Source: Sedimentisphaerales bacterium (GTDB taxonomy: Bacteria > Planctomycetota > Phycisphaerae > Sedimentisphaerales > SM23-30). From it: a stretch of DNA of 64,000 bases. How positions within the stretch are numbered: the stretch's first letter is position 1; each line of letters opens with the position of its first letter. Below are positions 51,065 to 60,775 of the stretch, one piece after another. A program made the translations under genes and the position numbers. The stretch is taken from the NCBI GenBank assembly GCA_963663805.2, contig CAXXMR010000011.1, forward strand, positions 1 through 64,000. The letters are read 5' to 3'. Below the pieces are notes generated by a model. That model had not been told where the DNA came from and did not search any database. It worked only from the letters and a program-made list of their open reading frames with translations.

Positions 51065-52111
51065 TTATTTCAATGCCGCCAGGATTTCCGCTAATTCAAT
51101 CTCGGCATAAGCGATACAAGTATCCGCCGCACCATAATAAAGTTTAACCATCCCGTTTTCAACCAGCGCCCCGCAATTAAATACCACATTACCAAAAAAT
51201 CCGTGAACCTCATAATCCGCTTCCGGCTCCAATATCGGCTTGGTCGTCCGCGCCAGCACCTTCCACGGCTCATCCGCATCCAGCAGCGCCGCCCCCAGAC
51301 AATAACGGTTATCATGGTCAGCCGCGTGATAAATCTCCAGCCAGCCACCGGCCACCCGGAAGGGCACCGCACTGCAACCCAGCCGACGCGACTCCCAGCC
51401 CCCCGGATTAACCGCCATTATTCGCCGATGATTACCCCAGCATACCAAATCTGGCGACTCCGCCAGCCATAATTCACGCTTGTCATATTCAGCCGAGGCC
51501 GCCCGGTGAAAAGCGTAATATTTCCCCTGGACCTGCTCTGGAAATATCGCCACATCCTTATTGTCAGGAGGAAAAATTACGCCATGCCGCGTGAAATTCT
51601 TAAAATCCTTCGTCGAAGCCAGACAGGTCGTAACCCCCAGCGGGGCACAGCAACTGTAATTCAAATAGTAAGTATCACCCATCAGAGTTATCCGGGGGTC
51701 TTCTATACCGAACATCTCATATTCGTTCGCCGGAACCATCGCCGGAGTATCTTCAATCTCAAAATTTATTCCGTCATTACTCCGTGCAACCCGAAAATGA
51801 GATATCGAAGTCAAATAAACTTCCTCACCCCGACGCACAAAACGAGAATCCGAAAAATCTACCAAACTATCCGACCGGTCAAACTCTTTCTTGATAATCT
51901 CACCGCTGGCAACATCAAAAATCGGCGAAATATATTTCTTGTCCGGCTCAGAGTTCTTGGGCACTTCCGCAACCCGCAAAAGCAGCAGAACATCACCCTC
52001 AAAACGCGTCACCCCCGCGTTAAACACACAAACCACCTCAAAATCCTCACGGGAAGGCTTGACATCTTTCGGCATAATCAACGGATTTTCCGCGGCACGT
52101 TTCACTTTCAT
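51065..52111 (-). CDS. GH130-family glycosidase/phosphorylase
   Basis: GAGGTG RBS; NPLIMP, VFNAG, YLTSISH, GIEDPRIT, DNKDVAIFP, YYGAAD. Confidence 0.92.
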   Translation of the reverse strand: MKVKRAAENPLIMPKDVKPSREDFEVVCVFNAGVTRFEGDVLLLLRVAEVPKNSEPDKKYISPIFDVASGEIIKKEFDRSDSLVDFSDSRFVRRGEEVYLTSISHFRVARSNDGINFEIEDTPAMVPANEYEMFGIEDPRITLMGDTYYLNYSCCAPLGVTTCLASTKDFKNFTRHGVIFPPDNKDVAIFPEQVQGKYYAFHRAASAEYDKRELWLAESPDLVCWGNHRRIMAVNPGGWESRRLGCSAVPFRVAGGWLEIYHAADHDNRYCLGAALLDADEPWKVLARTTKPILEPEADYEVHGFFGNVVFNCGALVENGMVKLYYGAADTCIAYAEIELAEILAALK

Positions 52112-52184
52112 ATAATCATCACCTCTAATTACCTTGTGGAGTTTTGCAAAATGTTCCATCTCCCCCATCAGCAATCTTCACCCC

Positions 52185-53192
52185 TTAAAGTTTAACCCCG
52201 CGTTTCCGCCCCGGTTTCTTCACCATGACTTCCTGCCCCCCTGCCGCGGCCAACACCTGGTGATACTGGTTCGCCCCATCCAGCACACTCTGCAACTGCC
52301 TGACCTGCTCATCCGTAACAGACTTGAGCCTCATCCGGCAGCGGGGTGTAATCTCAATTCCCCGCAGACCCATATAAGCCTTGGCGCTGGCTGGATAATT
52401 CTGGCCCCAGTCAACCTGATTCTCAAAATTATTCAAATACTGCTGCAAATCCTCAGCCCGTTCCGGATGCTTCAGGAAATTATCCCAGAACCAGACATAA
52501 AGTTCCGGACAGTAATTCGTACCCGTCCCGCAATAACCGTTCCCGCCCAGCCGAAAACTTGCCAGCAAAGTCTGCAAATTCGCGTTGAAAAACTTCAGCC
52601 GAGTCCCCTGACTAAGTTTGATCTTGGCACCAATCTCATCAATATCACAACTCGTGTCTTTGTGATAAACAAACCGTCCACTTTCAGCCATCCATTTATA
52701 CATCGGCAAAGTCAGCCGCCGTGCAAAAGGCATCGGAAACTCATAAGTCCCCAGCACCACATCATCGCCCACCGCCTCCAGAAACTCACGCAAACGCTCA
52801 TCCAGCAGCTCATCTGAATCGTCAGGTGCCACAAACTGATTCGGAGTAATCATCACCACATCCGCACCCAAATCCCAAATCTGCCGCGCAAAATCAGCCT
52901 TCGACTTCACATCGCCATCATAAACTATCGCCCCCGATATCACCGGCAGCCGACCCGCCGTACAGTCTATTACATGATGCGTAACATCCAGTATCTCCGC
53001 CCGGCTCATCGCCAGTATCTCACTGGAACCGCAGCACGTAAACAGTCCCGCCACACCGCTCTGGACATAATAATCTACCAGTCCGGCATAAGCCCTCATA
53101 TCGATACCGCCGTCACTGTCAAACGGGGTAATCATTACCACCCAAACACCATCGGGAACATCAGTTGCATGTCTCTTGTCACTCAAACCCAT
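52185..53192 (-). CDS. Dihydrodipicolinate synthase/N-acetylneuraminate lyase family aldolase
   Basis: VMITPF, GSSE, YEFPMP, Schiff-base HKDTS; start may be 53216. Confidence 0.88.
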   Translation of the reverse strand: MGLSDKRHATDVPDGVWVVMITPFDSDGGIDMRAYAGLVDYYVQSGVAGLFTCCGSSEILAMSRAEILDVTHHVIDCTAGRLPVISGAIVYDGDVKSKADFARQIWDLGADVVMITPNQFVAPDDSDELLDERLREFLEAVGDDVVLGTYEFPMPFARRLTLPMYKWMAESGRFVYHKDTSCDIDEIGAKIKLSQGTRLKFFNANLQTLLASFRLGGNGYCGTGTNYCPELYVWFWDNFLKHPERAEDLQQYLNNFENQVDWGQNYPASAKAYMGLRGIEITPRCRMRLKSVTDEQVRQLQSVLDGANQYHQVLAAAGGQEVMVKKPGRKRGVKL

Positions 53193-53291
53193 AAAATAAC
53201 CCCATAGCGGCCCCAAAAAAAATTACTTCTTCTTCAAAATGTGCGGGATGGCAATTTTACTCACCATCCCGCCCCAAATAACAAATCAAAA

Positions 53292-55130
53292 TCACCAGTT
53301 AGGAATACAAGATACATCCTCAGGATCATTGCACATCAACCAATTGCCGGTCAACAAGGCGAAATCTTCCAGGTTAACATAGCAGTCACTATTAACATCA
53401 CCCACCAGGGCCAGCTCGGCAGCTATTACAGCTTCGCAAGTGGTTGGGGATTCCTGAATCGTGACCTGCAGTTCCTGATAGGTGCCAAAGTCAACCACTT
53501 CATAAGTTTGCAGCGGCTCCGTCAGCAACGGATCGGTTTCACTATCATTAACCGTTATCACCGGTGCGGTAACCAAAGTGTAAGTACCGTCAACAGTATT
53601 GCCTGCCACAGTGAAGTTACCGGTAATATAAATATCAGTATCGACCACAATACCACTGCCCACACCCATAACACCATCCATCAGGAAGGTGGTCGTGCTG
53701 TCACCATAGAACTTGGCACCGCCAAGATGCACCGTAGCAGCCGAACCACTGAGGGTAAAACTAGCCGCTTCAGAGTCCATATCCAGTACCAGCCAATGAT
53801 CAACATCCAGGCTCGAATTGCCGCTAACAACCAATGCGCCTTCACCGTCTTCGCTGTCGCTAACAAACATGTTGTAGCAGCTCACACTACTGTCAACGAT
53901 ATTCAGCGAACCAACACCTTCATCACCAACGATAATCTCACGAGCAACATCAAGAGTACCACCATTATCAACCGTCACCGCACCGGTAACACCACTGTTG
54001 GCCGTAATATACAGATTCGCAAACTCCGCCGTACCGCCGTCAATGGCAACTTCAGCATCATGCAGCAAACCAACAGTTACAAAAGCACCCAAGGCACTGC
54101 CCGTTACAACTGGAGCATCCAAACCGCCCTTATCAATCGTCACAAAATCATTCGCGGTCGGCACCGACGTCCAGTTGCCGCTGGTAGACCACTGCTGATT
54201 GGCCGTGCCGTTGGTCCATTCCACGCTCTGAGCTGTCAGCGGAATATAGACCAGTTGCAGTTCATTGCGATTGAAGCGACCTTCAACAATTTGATAGCTC
54301 CAGCCCTGACTCGGCAAAGAAGATTCCAGCAGATTACCGCCCGTCAAATCCTCAACCAACCCCAGCCCGCTGATTATCGGATAATAGCCCGGAACCGCAG
54401 TACCCATAAAAGACGCGTTTATCACACCCTGAACACTGGCAGAAACTGCACTGCCGTTTTCACGCAGGAAAAAGCCGTCGCCAACACCCCTGCCCCCGTC
54501 CAGCATAAAACTCATCTCTATATTCGAACTGCCAAATACCATCGCACGAGCTGTAACCGCACAATCAGCACCCACCCAGGACAATGCCTGCTCACCATCA
54601 GCATGCATATTAATATCAGCGGTAACCTGAAGAACAGAGTCACCACTAATATTAATCTCAGCATAAGCACCGGGATTAGCAGCCAAAGTCATCCGGTTAG
54701 GCCGAACCATACCACCGGTAATATTCAAAATACCGACACCTTTGGTACCCAGTGTCAGATAATCAGGGCTAGTTTCCAGTATCCCACCGCTGACATTGAT
54801 GATACCGGTAGTGCCAACGGTATAACCAGTGTAAATCGAACCAAAAGTAGCATAACCACTCACAACATTCAGTTCGGCATCAGCGTTATAATAGTTAATC
54901 CGAAACTGTCTGCCCGTCGTATCCTGACTTATCACAGGAGCATCAGCCCCAGACATGCACAAAACCAAATTATCACCACTGGAACCACCCAAAACATCAA
55001 TCCGGTTCGGATCCCAGTTATAAGCATTGTGAAAATCATTATCACCCTGCAGGTTCTTCCACTCATAATCAGCACCAAGTGCCAGCGAACCCAAACCTGC
55101 AACCAAAATTACAACCAACAAATTTCTCAT
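53292..55130 (-). CDS. Secreted protein with two tandem beta-helix/passenger-like modules and a dockerin-like tail
   Basis: AGGAG RBS, signal peptide MRNLLVV; two W..NW-initiated Gly-rich modules; GDVNSDCYVNLEDFALLTGNWL. Confidence 0.82.
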   Translation of the reverse strand: MRNLLVVILVAGLGSLALGADYEWKNLQGDNDFHNAYNWDPNRIDVLGGSSGDNLVLCMSGADAPVISQDTTGRQFRINYYNADAELNVVSGYATFGSIYTGYTVGTTGIINVSGGILETSPDYLTLGTKGVGILNITGGMVRPNRMTLAANPGAYAEINISGDSVLQVTADINMHADGEQALSWVGADCAVTARAMVFGSSNIEMSFMLDGGRGVGDGFFLRENGSAVSASVQGVINASFMGTAVPGYYPIISGLGLVEDLTGGNLLESSLPSQGWSYQIVEGRFNRNELQLVYIPLTAQSVEWTNGTANQQWSTSGNWTSVPTANDFVTIDKGGLDAPVVTGSALGAFVTVGLLHDAEVAIDGGTAEFANLYITANSGVTGAVTVDNGGTLDVAREIIVGDEGVGSLNIVDSSVSCYNMFVSDSEDGEGALVVSGNSSLDVDHWLVLDMDSEAASFTLSGSAATVHLGGAKFYGDSTTTFLMDGVMGVGSGIVVDTDIYITGNFTVAGNTVDGTYTLVTAPVITVNDSETDPLLTEPLQTYEVVDFGTYQELQVTIQESPTTCEAVIAAELALVGDVNSDCYVNLEDFALLTGNWLMCNDPEDVSCIPNW

Positions 55131-55190
55131 GAAAATTCTCCTTAAAAAAACTATTACCTTATCCACCAGCGAAACTTGCTTTCGTCCCGC

Positions 55191-56171
55191 TTATTTTCTT
55201 CTTCTCAATCCTAAAACACCGCCCAGCCCCAACAAAACCAGCGTCATAGGCTCAGGAACCATCGTCAACTGCAATTCCGTGCTGTTTTCTGTAGTCACAA
55301 TCTCGTAGCTCCAGCCAGCATCTATCATCTGCGGAGAAATCAACCCGCCGCTGGTATTGTCAACTATAGCACCCGCATAAGTCGCCGAGGTCGATAGCAC
55401 CGTATAAGTACCCGGCACAACCTCATCCAGAAAACTCGCTTCAATAGCGCCAGACAGAGTGATCAAATCACCAGTAGCAATTGAAGCCCCAACACCAAGC
55501 GAACCGTCCAGACGAAACTCGAAGGTACTGTTGGCCTTCAAAGTAATGTCATCATAAGCACGGATGCTCGTGCCGGCACCTTCCAGAATCACCCGACCTA
55601 CACCAGAGGTGCTGCCTACCGTAAAATCACGCCTATAGGCTTGGTTATTGGCATTAACCACATTGATATCCAGAACAGCATTGTCTTTCATGTACAGGGT
55701 CGCATTGGCTGTATTGTTACCCACAACTGCCCGGTTTGCGTAAACTTCGCTCGAACCCGATAGACTCACCAGCGAATTACCAAAACTACCCATCGTTAAA
55801 TAGGAATCGGAAGAAAGCACCCCACCCGTCATCGTCAGATTGCCCACGGAAGTATCACCGCTTACTCCGCCCGTCCAGATTGCTCCAAACGTGGAATCCC
55901 CAGCCGTAACCGTTAGTTCACCGGCAGCACCAACACCTATCGCCAATTGACGACCTGTAAAACTCGTCGATAGAATCGGACTGTCTGAACTAGACATCCC
56001 TATAAAAAAGTTTTCATCTGCCGGATTTACGCTGTCCGCATCCCAGTTCTCCGCTGTTGCGAAATCACGCGTCCCAAACTCATTATCCCAGTAAATCGTC
56101 GTTGCACCAAACGCCGATGCCGCCAACATACACACCGCTGCCACAATTGCCATTACTCTTGCCATCTTCAT
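55191..56171 (-). CDS. PEP-CTERM sorting-domain protein
   Basis: GGAGG RBS, signal peptide; VPEPMTLVLLGLGGVLGLRRRK. Confidence 0.92.
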   Translation of the reverse strand: MKMARVMAIVAAVCMLAASAFGATTIYWDNEFGTRDFATAENWDADSVNPADENFFIGMSSSDSPILSTSFTGRQLAIGVGAAGELTVTAGDSTFGAIWTGGVSGDTSVGNLTMTGGVLSSDSYLTMGSFGNSLVSLSGSSEVYANRAVVGNNTANATLYMKDNAVLDINVVNANNQAYRRDFTVGSTSGVGRVILEGAGTSIRAYDDITLKANSTFEFRLDGSLGVGASIATGDLITLSGAIEASFLDEVVPGTYTVLSTSATYAGAIVDNTSGGLISPQMIDAGWSYEIVTTENSTELQLTMVPEPMTLVLLGLGGVLGLRRRK

Positions 56172-56322
56172 TTACCTCCATAAACAAGAACCATAAGAAT
56201 CCAGAGCTTTCGCTCAACCATTTTTCAAACAGCCAGAGTGAGCACACCTCAACAAACCAACTGCCGTTTCTACATTATCTATTCTGCCATCATTGCCCCC
56301 AAACTTCAAGAAAAAAGTTTAC

Positions 56323-56596
56323 TGTTACATGAAACAATAGTGCATAAAGCCGCTGAAACAAAAGCACTGTTTTCAAAAAGTCGAACCTGGATATGAAATT
56401 ACATCAAAAGGAGAGCGACAGAACCCCAATAAAACTCAAAAAAAAGGCTCACATTGCTCTCAGCCCCCCAACACATGAAACAAAGTATGAAACACACGGA
56501 TCGCACACCCCTCACAATAGGCCTAAAAAAAATTACAAAAGTTTCATGTAACAAGACGAGTTTTCCCTTGCATAACGGCAAAATATTCTTTATCAT
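56323..56596. promoter_or_regulatory. Divergent promoter region with the palindromic operator TGTTACATGAAACA
   Basis: Copy at 56323-56336, inverted copy at 56540-56553, partial copies at 56470-56494; TTGCAT-17 nt-TATCAT at 56568-56596. Confidence 0.68.
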
Positions 56597-56655
56597 TGAT
56601 ATTGTAAGATTGAGCCAGACATTTAGCGGCCCAAAATCAAAAAGGAGAAATTATT

Positions 56656-57543
56656 ATGCGTCGGCAATTTTCCCGGATTAACAAACAAGCTTTCACCCTC
56701 GTCGAACTATTAGTGGTAGTAGCTATTATAGCCCTGCTCGTATCCATCCTCCTGCCCGCTCTGGGACAGGCCCGCGATGCCGCCAAACAAGTACTAGATG
56801 TCTCCAACCTCCACCAGACCGGCATGGCCGCCATAACCTACGAAGCAGACAACGGCAGACTACCACTCCACTTCCTGGAGGCAAATCGCATACAGCAAAA
56901 CAGTCCGACCGCACAAGCCATGTGGATTGAGGCTCTCTCCAGCAACAATGGAACAGACACCAGAACTATGCTTACCGACTATCTCGCCGATTTCAAAGTA
57001 CTAAATTGCCCCTTCCTGAAACCTCTGGACATGACTTTCGATGCTATCGCCGAAGGTACCCGCAGGCTATACGGCAGCTACTCAATGTTCTACGGCTACT
57101 ATCGCAACCGGGCCACCGAAGCTGCCGGCGGCGAATTCGCTGGCGAAAACGAACGCTGGACAAAAACCGAAACCAACTGGAACTACATGGGACAAAGAAT
57201 CGAAACTCTCATGGGCGACAGAATGTACAAAGTACGCAGCCTTGGCAACTATCGCCTCAATCATGGCGCCAGAATGCACGGCCTGAAACTCAACTATCGA
57301 GACCACACCTACCCAGTATCATCAGCAGAGGACATGCACTGCGGCAGTGTCTACGCCGCCCAAAACCTCCCTGCCAGCTATTTCCTGGATGACCTTCGCG
57401 AACAAACCACCGCCTGCTACGTCTTCAAAGACGGTTCCGCCCGGATCTTCGAAGGAAGTGACCCATCCCTCATCGACCTGGAAAACCCCTACGACCAGTG
57501 CACAGGATACATCGTCAACCACCTCGTACCATCCGGAAAATAA
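56656..57543 (+). CDS. Prepilin-type N-terminal cleavage/methylation protein (DUF1559-like)
   Basis: [45 protein letters not shown]-terminal YVFKDGS. Confidence 0.9.
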   Translation: MRRQFSRINKQAFTLVELLVVVAIIALLVSILLPALGQARDAAKQVLDVSNLHQTGMAAITYEADNGRLPLHFLEANRIQQNSPTAQAMWIEALSSNNGTDTRTMLTDYLADFKVLNCPFLKPLDMTFDAIAEGTRRLYGSYSMFYGYYRNRATEAAGGEFAGENERWTKTETNWNYMGQRIETLMGDRMYKVRSLGNYRLNHGARMHGLKLNYRDHTYPVSSAEDMHCGSVYAAQNLPASYFLDDLREQTTACYVFKDGSARIFEGSDPSLIDLENPYDQCTGYIVNHLVPSGK

Positions 57544-57732
57544 TACCCCTCAGCTCAATTTACCGAAAGACAAAGGGGCCATATCCCTCAAAAAGATGAC
57601 TATCCCTACTGATTTCTTATCAGCTAGACATTCGGTCCCCATCAACAAAACTGCACAATGTTAAACTGGGCAAATTAATATCGCCTAATCCCGGCTATTT
57701 TTTTACCCAGAACAGCCCCTCCCACAAAAAAC

Positions 57733-57916
57733 TTGACACCCACCCTTTTAACTCATTACAATGAATCGCACATTTAGCTTCCGTCCAAAGGGCAACATTG
57801 TCGCTTACGGGGCTCTCAAATTGCGTTTTTTGTATGGTTCCAGAATCTTCCTGGTATCGAGTGGTTAATGTATGCAAAGGTATCAGCGTCTGCCTTCTGA
57901 GACACTGATACCTTTG
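57733..57916 (+). promoter_or_regulatory. Sigma70-type promoter and long leader containing a 17-bp hairpin
   Basis: TTGACA-18 nt-TACAAT at 57733-57762; stem 57875-57891/57900-57916 with one mismatch. Confidence 0.55.
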
Positions 57917-57955
57917 AGGTTGTAATTATTATTTTATTGGTTAAGGAGAAAACTA

Positions 57956-58717
57956 ATGTCTGCAAAACTAACCCTGACACTGATAGCAGCGATGGTCTTT
58001 TTGCCTTCGTTCGCTCTGGCAACAGTCTATATCGACGATGGACTGGAAACCGTACTTAACGGGTCCAATCCTGTTTACGACAACATCATAGTCGATAGTG
58101 TTAATACAGACCCCTATTCCACACTTACGATGCTCTCCGGTGCCTACATCAGCGGGTACCTGGACATCCTGTCACGTGGCCACCTCTACATGGAAGGCGG
58201 AACAGTGATTCAGGATATCTACCTTTACGACAATGCCTACGCTGCCATTTCAGGCGGAACGGTAAATGTAAAACTGAGAGCCCAGGACAACAGCATAATT
58301 GTCATCTCCGGCGGCGACATATTTGGTTACCTCTGGGGCACCGAAAATGGTGTCTTCAAAATCTCCGGCGGCATTTTCTATGACGACCTGAAAGGTTTTG
58401 ATAATTCTAATACCATCATCGCTGGAACCGACTTTTATATCGACGGCCAACCCGCCGCTTACGGCGACTATCAGTTTGCCGCATATACATGGCACACTAT
58501 CACCGGTACACTTTACAATGGCGACCCCATCAACACTGACCTGTACTCCGGAACTTATACCACAGTCTTCACCCTCACCCCCGAATTATCCTGCACCTTA
58601 GACCTTCAGGGCGACCTCAACAACGACTGCCGCATCGACCTGATCGATTTCACAATGATGGCCGCAAACTGGCTGCTCGACTGCAACATGGACCCCACAA
58701 ACTCGCGTTGCAGATAA
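57956..58717 (+). CDS. Secreted Gly-repeat (ISGG) beta-helix-like protein with dockerin-like tail
   Basis: AGGAG RBS, signal peptide; MEGG/ISGG repeats; GDLNNDCRIDLIDFTMMAANWL. Confidence 0.82.
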   Translation: MSAKLTLTLIAAMVFLPSFALATVYIDDGLETVLNGSNPVYDNIIVDSVNTDPYSTLTMLSGAYISGYLDILSRGHLYMEGGTVIQDIYLYDNAYAAISGGTVNVKLRAQDNSIIVISGGDIFGYLWGTENGVFKISGGIFYDDLKGFDNSNTIIAGTDFYIDGQPAAYGDYQFAAYTWHTITGTLYNGDPINTDLYSGTYTTVFTLTPELSCTLDLQGDLNNDCRIDLIDFTMMAANWLLDCNMDPTNSRCR

Positions 58718-58732
58718 TATTTCTGAATACAC

Positions 58733-58774
58733 AAAAAAAAAAGGCGCCGGACAAACTCCGGTGCCTTTTTTTTT
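58733..58774. terminator. Bidirectional intrinsic terminator
   Basis: A-run, GGCGCCGGA/TCCGGTGCC stem, T-run; between convergent genes. Confidence 0.85.
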
Positions 58775-58849
58775 ATCCCCCTCCACCCAAACTCGAATGC
58801 TAACTCCAACTTGCATCACAAAAATCCAGCATGTCCTGCTAGCCAGCTA

Positions 58850-60343
58850 TCAGTTCGCTATGTACTCAGGGTCGTCTATCTCTGCCATCTTCGCCCGCAT
58901 CTTTTCATCCAGCATGGCGATATGCTTGCGTACCTGCGGCTCGTCAACATCAATCAGATTATGCCGCTCAGCCGGGTCTTCTGTCAGATAATAAAGCTCG
59001 TCGCCCACCGTCTTGCGGAAATCACGAACCAGTTTCCATTCCGGCGTACGATACATCCGCAAGCTCGCCCCCGTCTGATTCCAGTCCCAGAACCGATACT
59101 GAGCGAACATCTCATCATCCCAGTCCACATCCTTATCTTCAAACAAGGGCCGCATATCCCGACCCCTAATTTTATACTTCTCCAGCCCGTCAATACCCGC
59201 CGCCCCGCATAAAGTAGGATACCAGTCCATACTATTCACCACATTTCCCAGCTTGGACTTCGGCTTAATCACGCCCGGCCAACGCACAATCGCCGGCAGA
59301 CGCAATGAATTGTCATATATGTTAGGCCGATACCCGTCCCGATTATCCGTCAGTATCCACCACCCGTTACCCTTATGCCAGATACCGTTATGGCCAATAT
59401 TATAGCCGTTATCCGAAGTATACACCACAATCGTATTATCGCTCAAACCCAGCTCATCCAGCTTCGCCATAACCCGTCCCACATTACGGTCAACACTATG
59501 CACCGCCGCCAAATATTCCCGTAGCATACGCTTGACCCGCTTGATATCCAGCTTCGGATAATCCGCGTGCGGCACCACCGGGTCAATATCCTTAAATATA
59601 TTCCAGTCCTCATCCGACAGAGGATGCCACGTCCGGTCATTATCGGTCTTCACCCCCTGATTGGCGTGAGGTGCCCAGAAATGCAGCGAAAGCAAAAAAG
59701 GCTCCGACTGCTTCCGTTCCATAAAATCCAACGCATAATCCGTAATGATGTTCGGCGTATAACCCTCAACCCGAACTTCCTTACCATCAATCTCCATCGG
59801 AGGGTCTTTCGATATCCCCGCTCCCGCTCGCCAGCCCCTGAACTCATCATAACCATGCTGCGTCGGATAATGACGATCCAGCTCACCCACATGCCACTTA
59901 CCAAAAAGTGCAGTTGAATACCCCGACTCATTCAAAACTTTTGGCCAGGTAGTGAAATCCTGCTCCAAACCAATCTCCGGGTCATGACCCAGAAAATCGG
60001 TTATCCCCGTTTCCGTACTATAACGAGAAGTAAGCAAAGCCGCCCGCGCCGGACTGCATACCGGCGACATCGCAAAATAATGCTCCAGCAAACACCCCTG
60101 CTCCGCTAACTTATCCAGATTAGGAGTCACCGCATCCGGGCAGGCACCATTGCCAAAAGCCCACGGACCATGGTCATCAGTCATTATAAAAACTATATTC
60201 GGCCTCTTGTCCTTACTTCTGTTACCCTTGATCATTTTTGCTTCCTTAGCCTCAGTTTCGCCCGATACAATTCCTGCCAGAGTCAGCCCCGCACCCACCT
60301 GACCTAGAAAATTACGCCTGTCTACTTTATAAACTGCCGACAT
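58850..60343 (-). CDS. Sulfatase, Tat signal
   Basis: RRNFLG; PNIVFIMTDDH, CSPARAALLT, GKWHVG, SDNG. Confidence 0.94.
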   Translation of the reverse strand: MSAVYKVDRRNFLGQVGAGLTLAGIVSGETEAKEAKMIKGNRSKDKRPNIVFIMTDDHGPWAFGNGACPDAVTPNLDKLAEQGCLLEHYFAMSPVCSPARAALLTSRYSTETGITDFLGHDPEIGLEQDFTTWPKVLNESGYSTALFGKWHVGELDRHYPTQHGYDEFRGWRAGAGISKDPPMEIDGKEVRVEGYTPNIITDYALDFMERKQSEPFLLSLHFWAPHANQGVKTDNDRTWHPLSDEDWNIFKDIDPVVPHADYPKLDIKRVKRMLREYLAAVHSVDRNVGRVMAKLDELGLSDNTIVVYTSDNGYNIGHNGIWHKGNGWWILTDNRDGYRPNIYDNSLRLPAIVRWPGVIKPKSKLGNVVNSMDWYPTLCGAAGIDGLEKYKIRGRDMRPLFEDKDVDWDDEMFAQYRFWDWNQTGASLRMYRTPEWKLVRDFRKTVGDELYYLTEDPAERHNLIDVDEPQVRKHIAMLDEKMRAKMAEIDDPEYIAN

Positions 60344-60366
60344 TTTATTCCCTCATTACGAACATT

Positions 60367-60378
60367 GCAAACGTTTGC
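60367..60378. promoter_or_regulatory. LacI-family-type palindromic operator
   Basis: Perfect palindrome GCAAACGTTTGC about 24 nt upstream of the sulfatase start. Confidence 0.6.
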
Positions 60379-60775
60379 GTTAAATTTTCGCACAAAGCCC
60401 AACTTTTCACAACTTAAAATCCCAAATCCTCATAGTAACTATAATGCACGCTGCAAAAGCAAGTCAAACCATTTATAAATTTCACAAAGTTTCAGACCGC
60501 TCCCCTACCCTCCAAATCACCCAGCTAAACAAGCAAAACATAACAACCTTCCCCACAAAAAGTTATATTCATGAAAACAATTTTTCATATCCCTTCTAAC
60601 TAATTTATCCTGAAACACATCAGCCGCAATCCGCCCATCTCTCTATGTCATGGAATGTTTCTAAATATGAAAAATTTACAAATTAATCAACATTTTGTTT
60701 CACAGAACACCCGATTATATGATATAATAATATTTGTGATTGATTAACCATATACACACACCAAAAAGAGAAAAC

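Noticed and set aside
53241..55145. 634-aa + strand ORF
   Set aside because: Antisense shadow of the secreted protein, which has an RBS, signal peptide, paralog and tail motif
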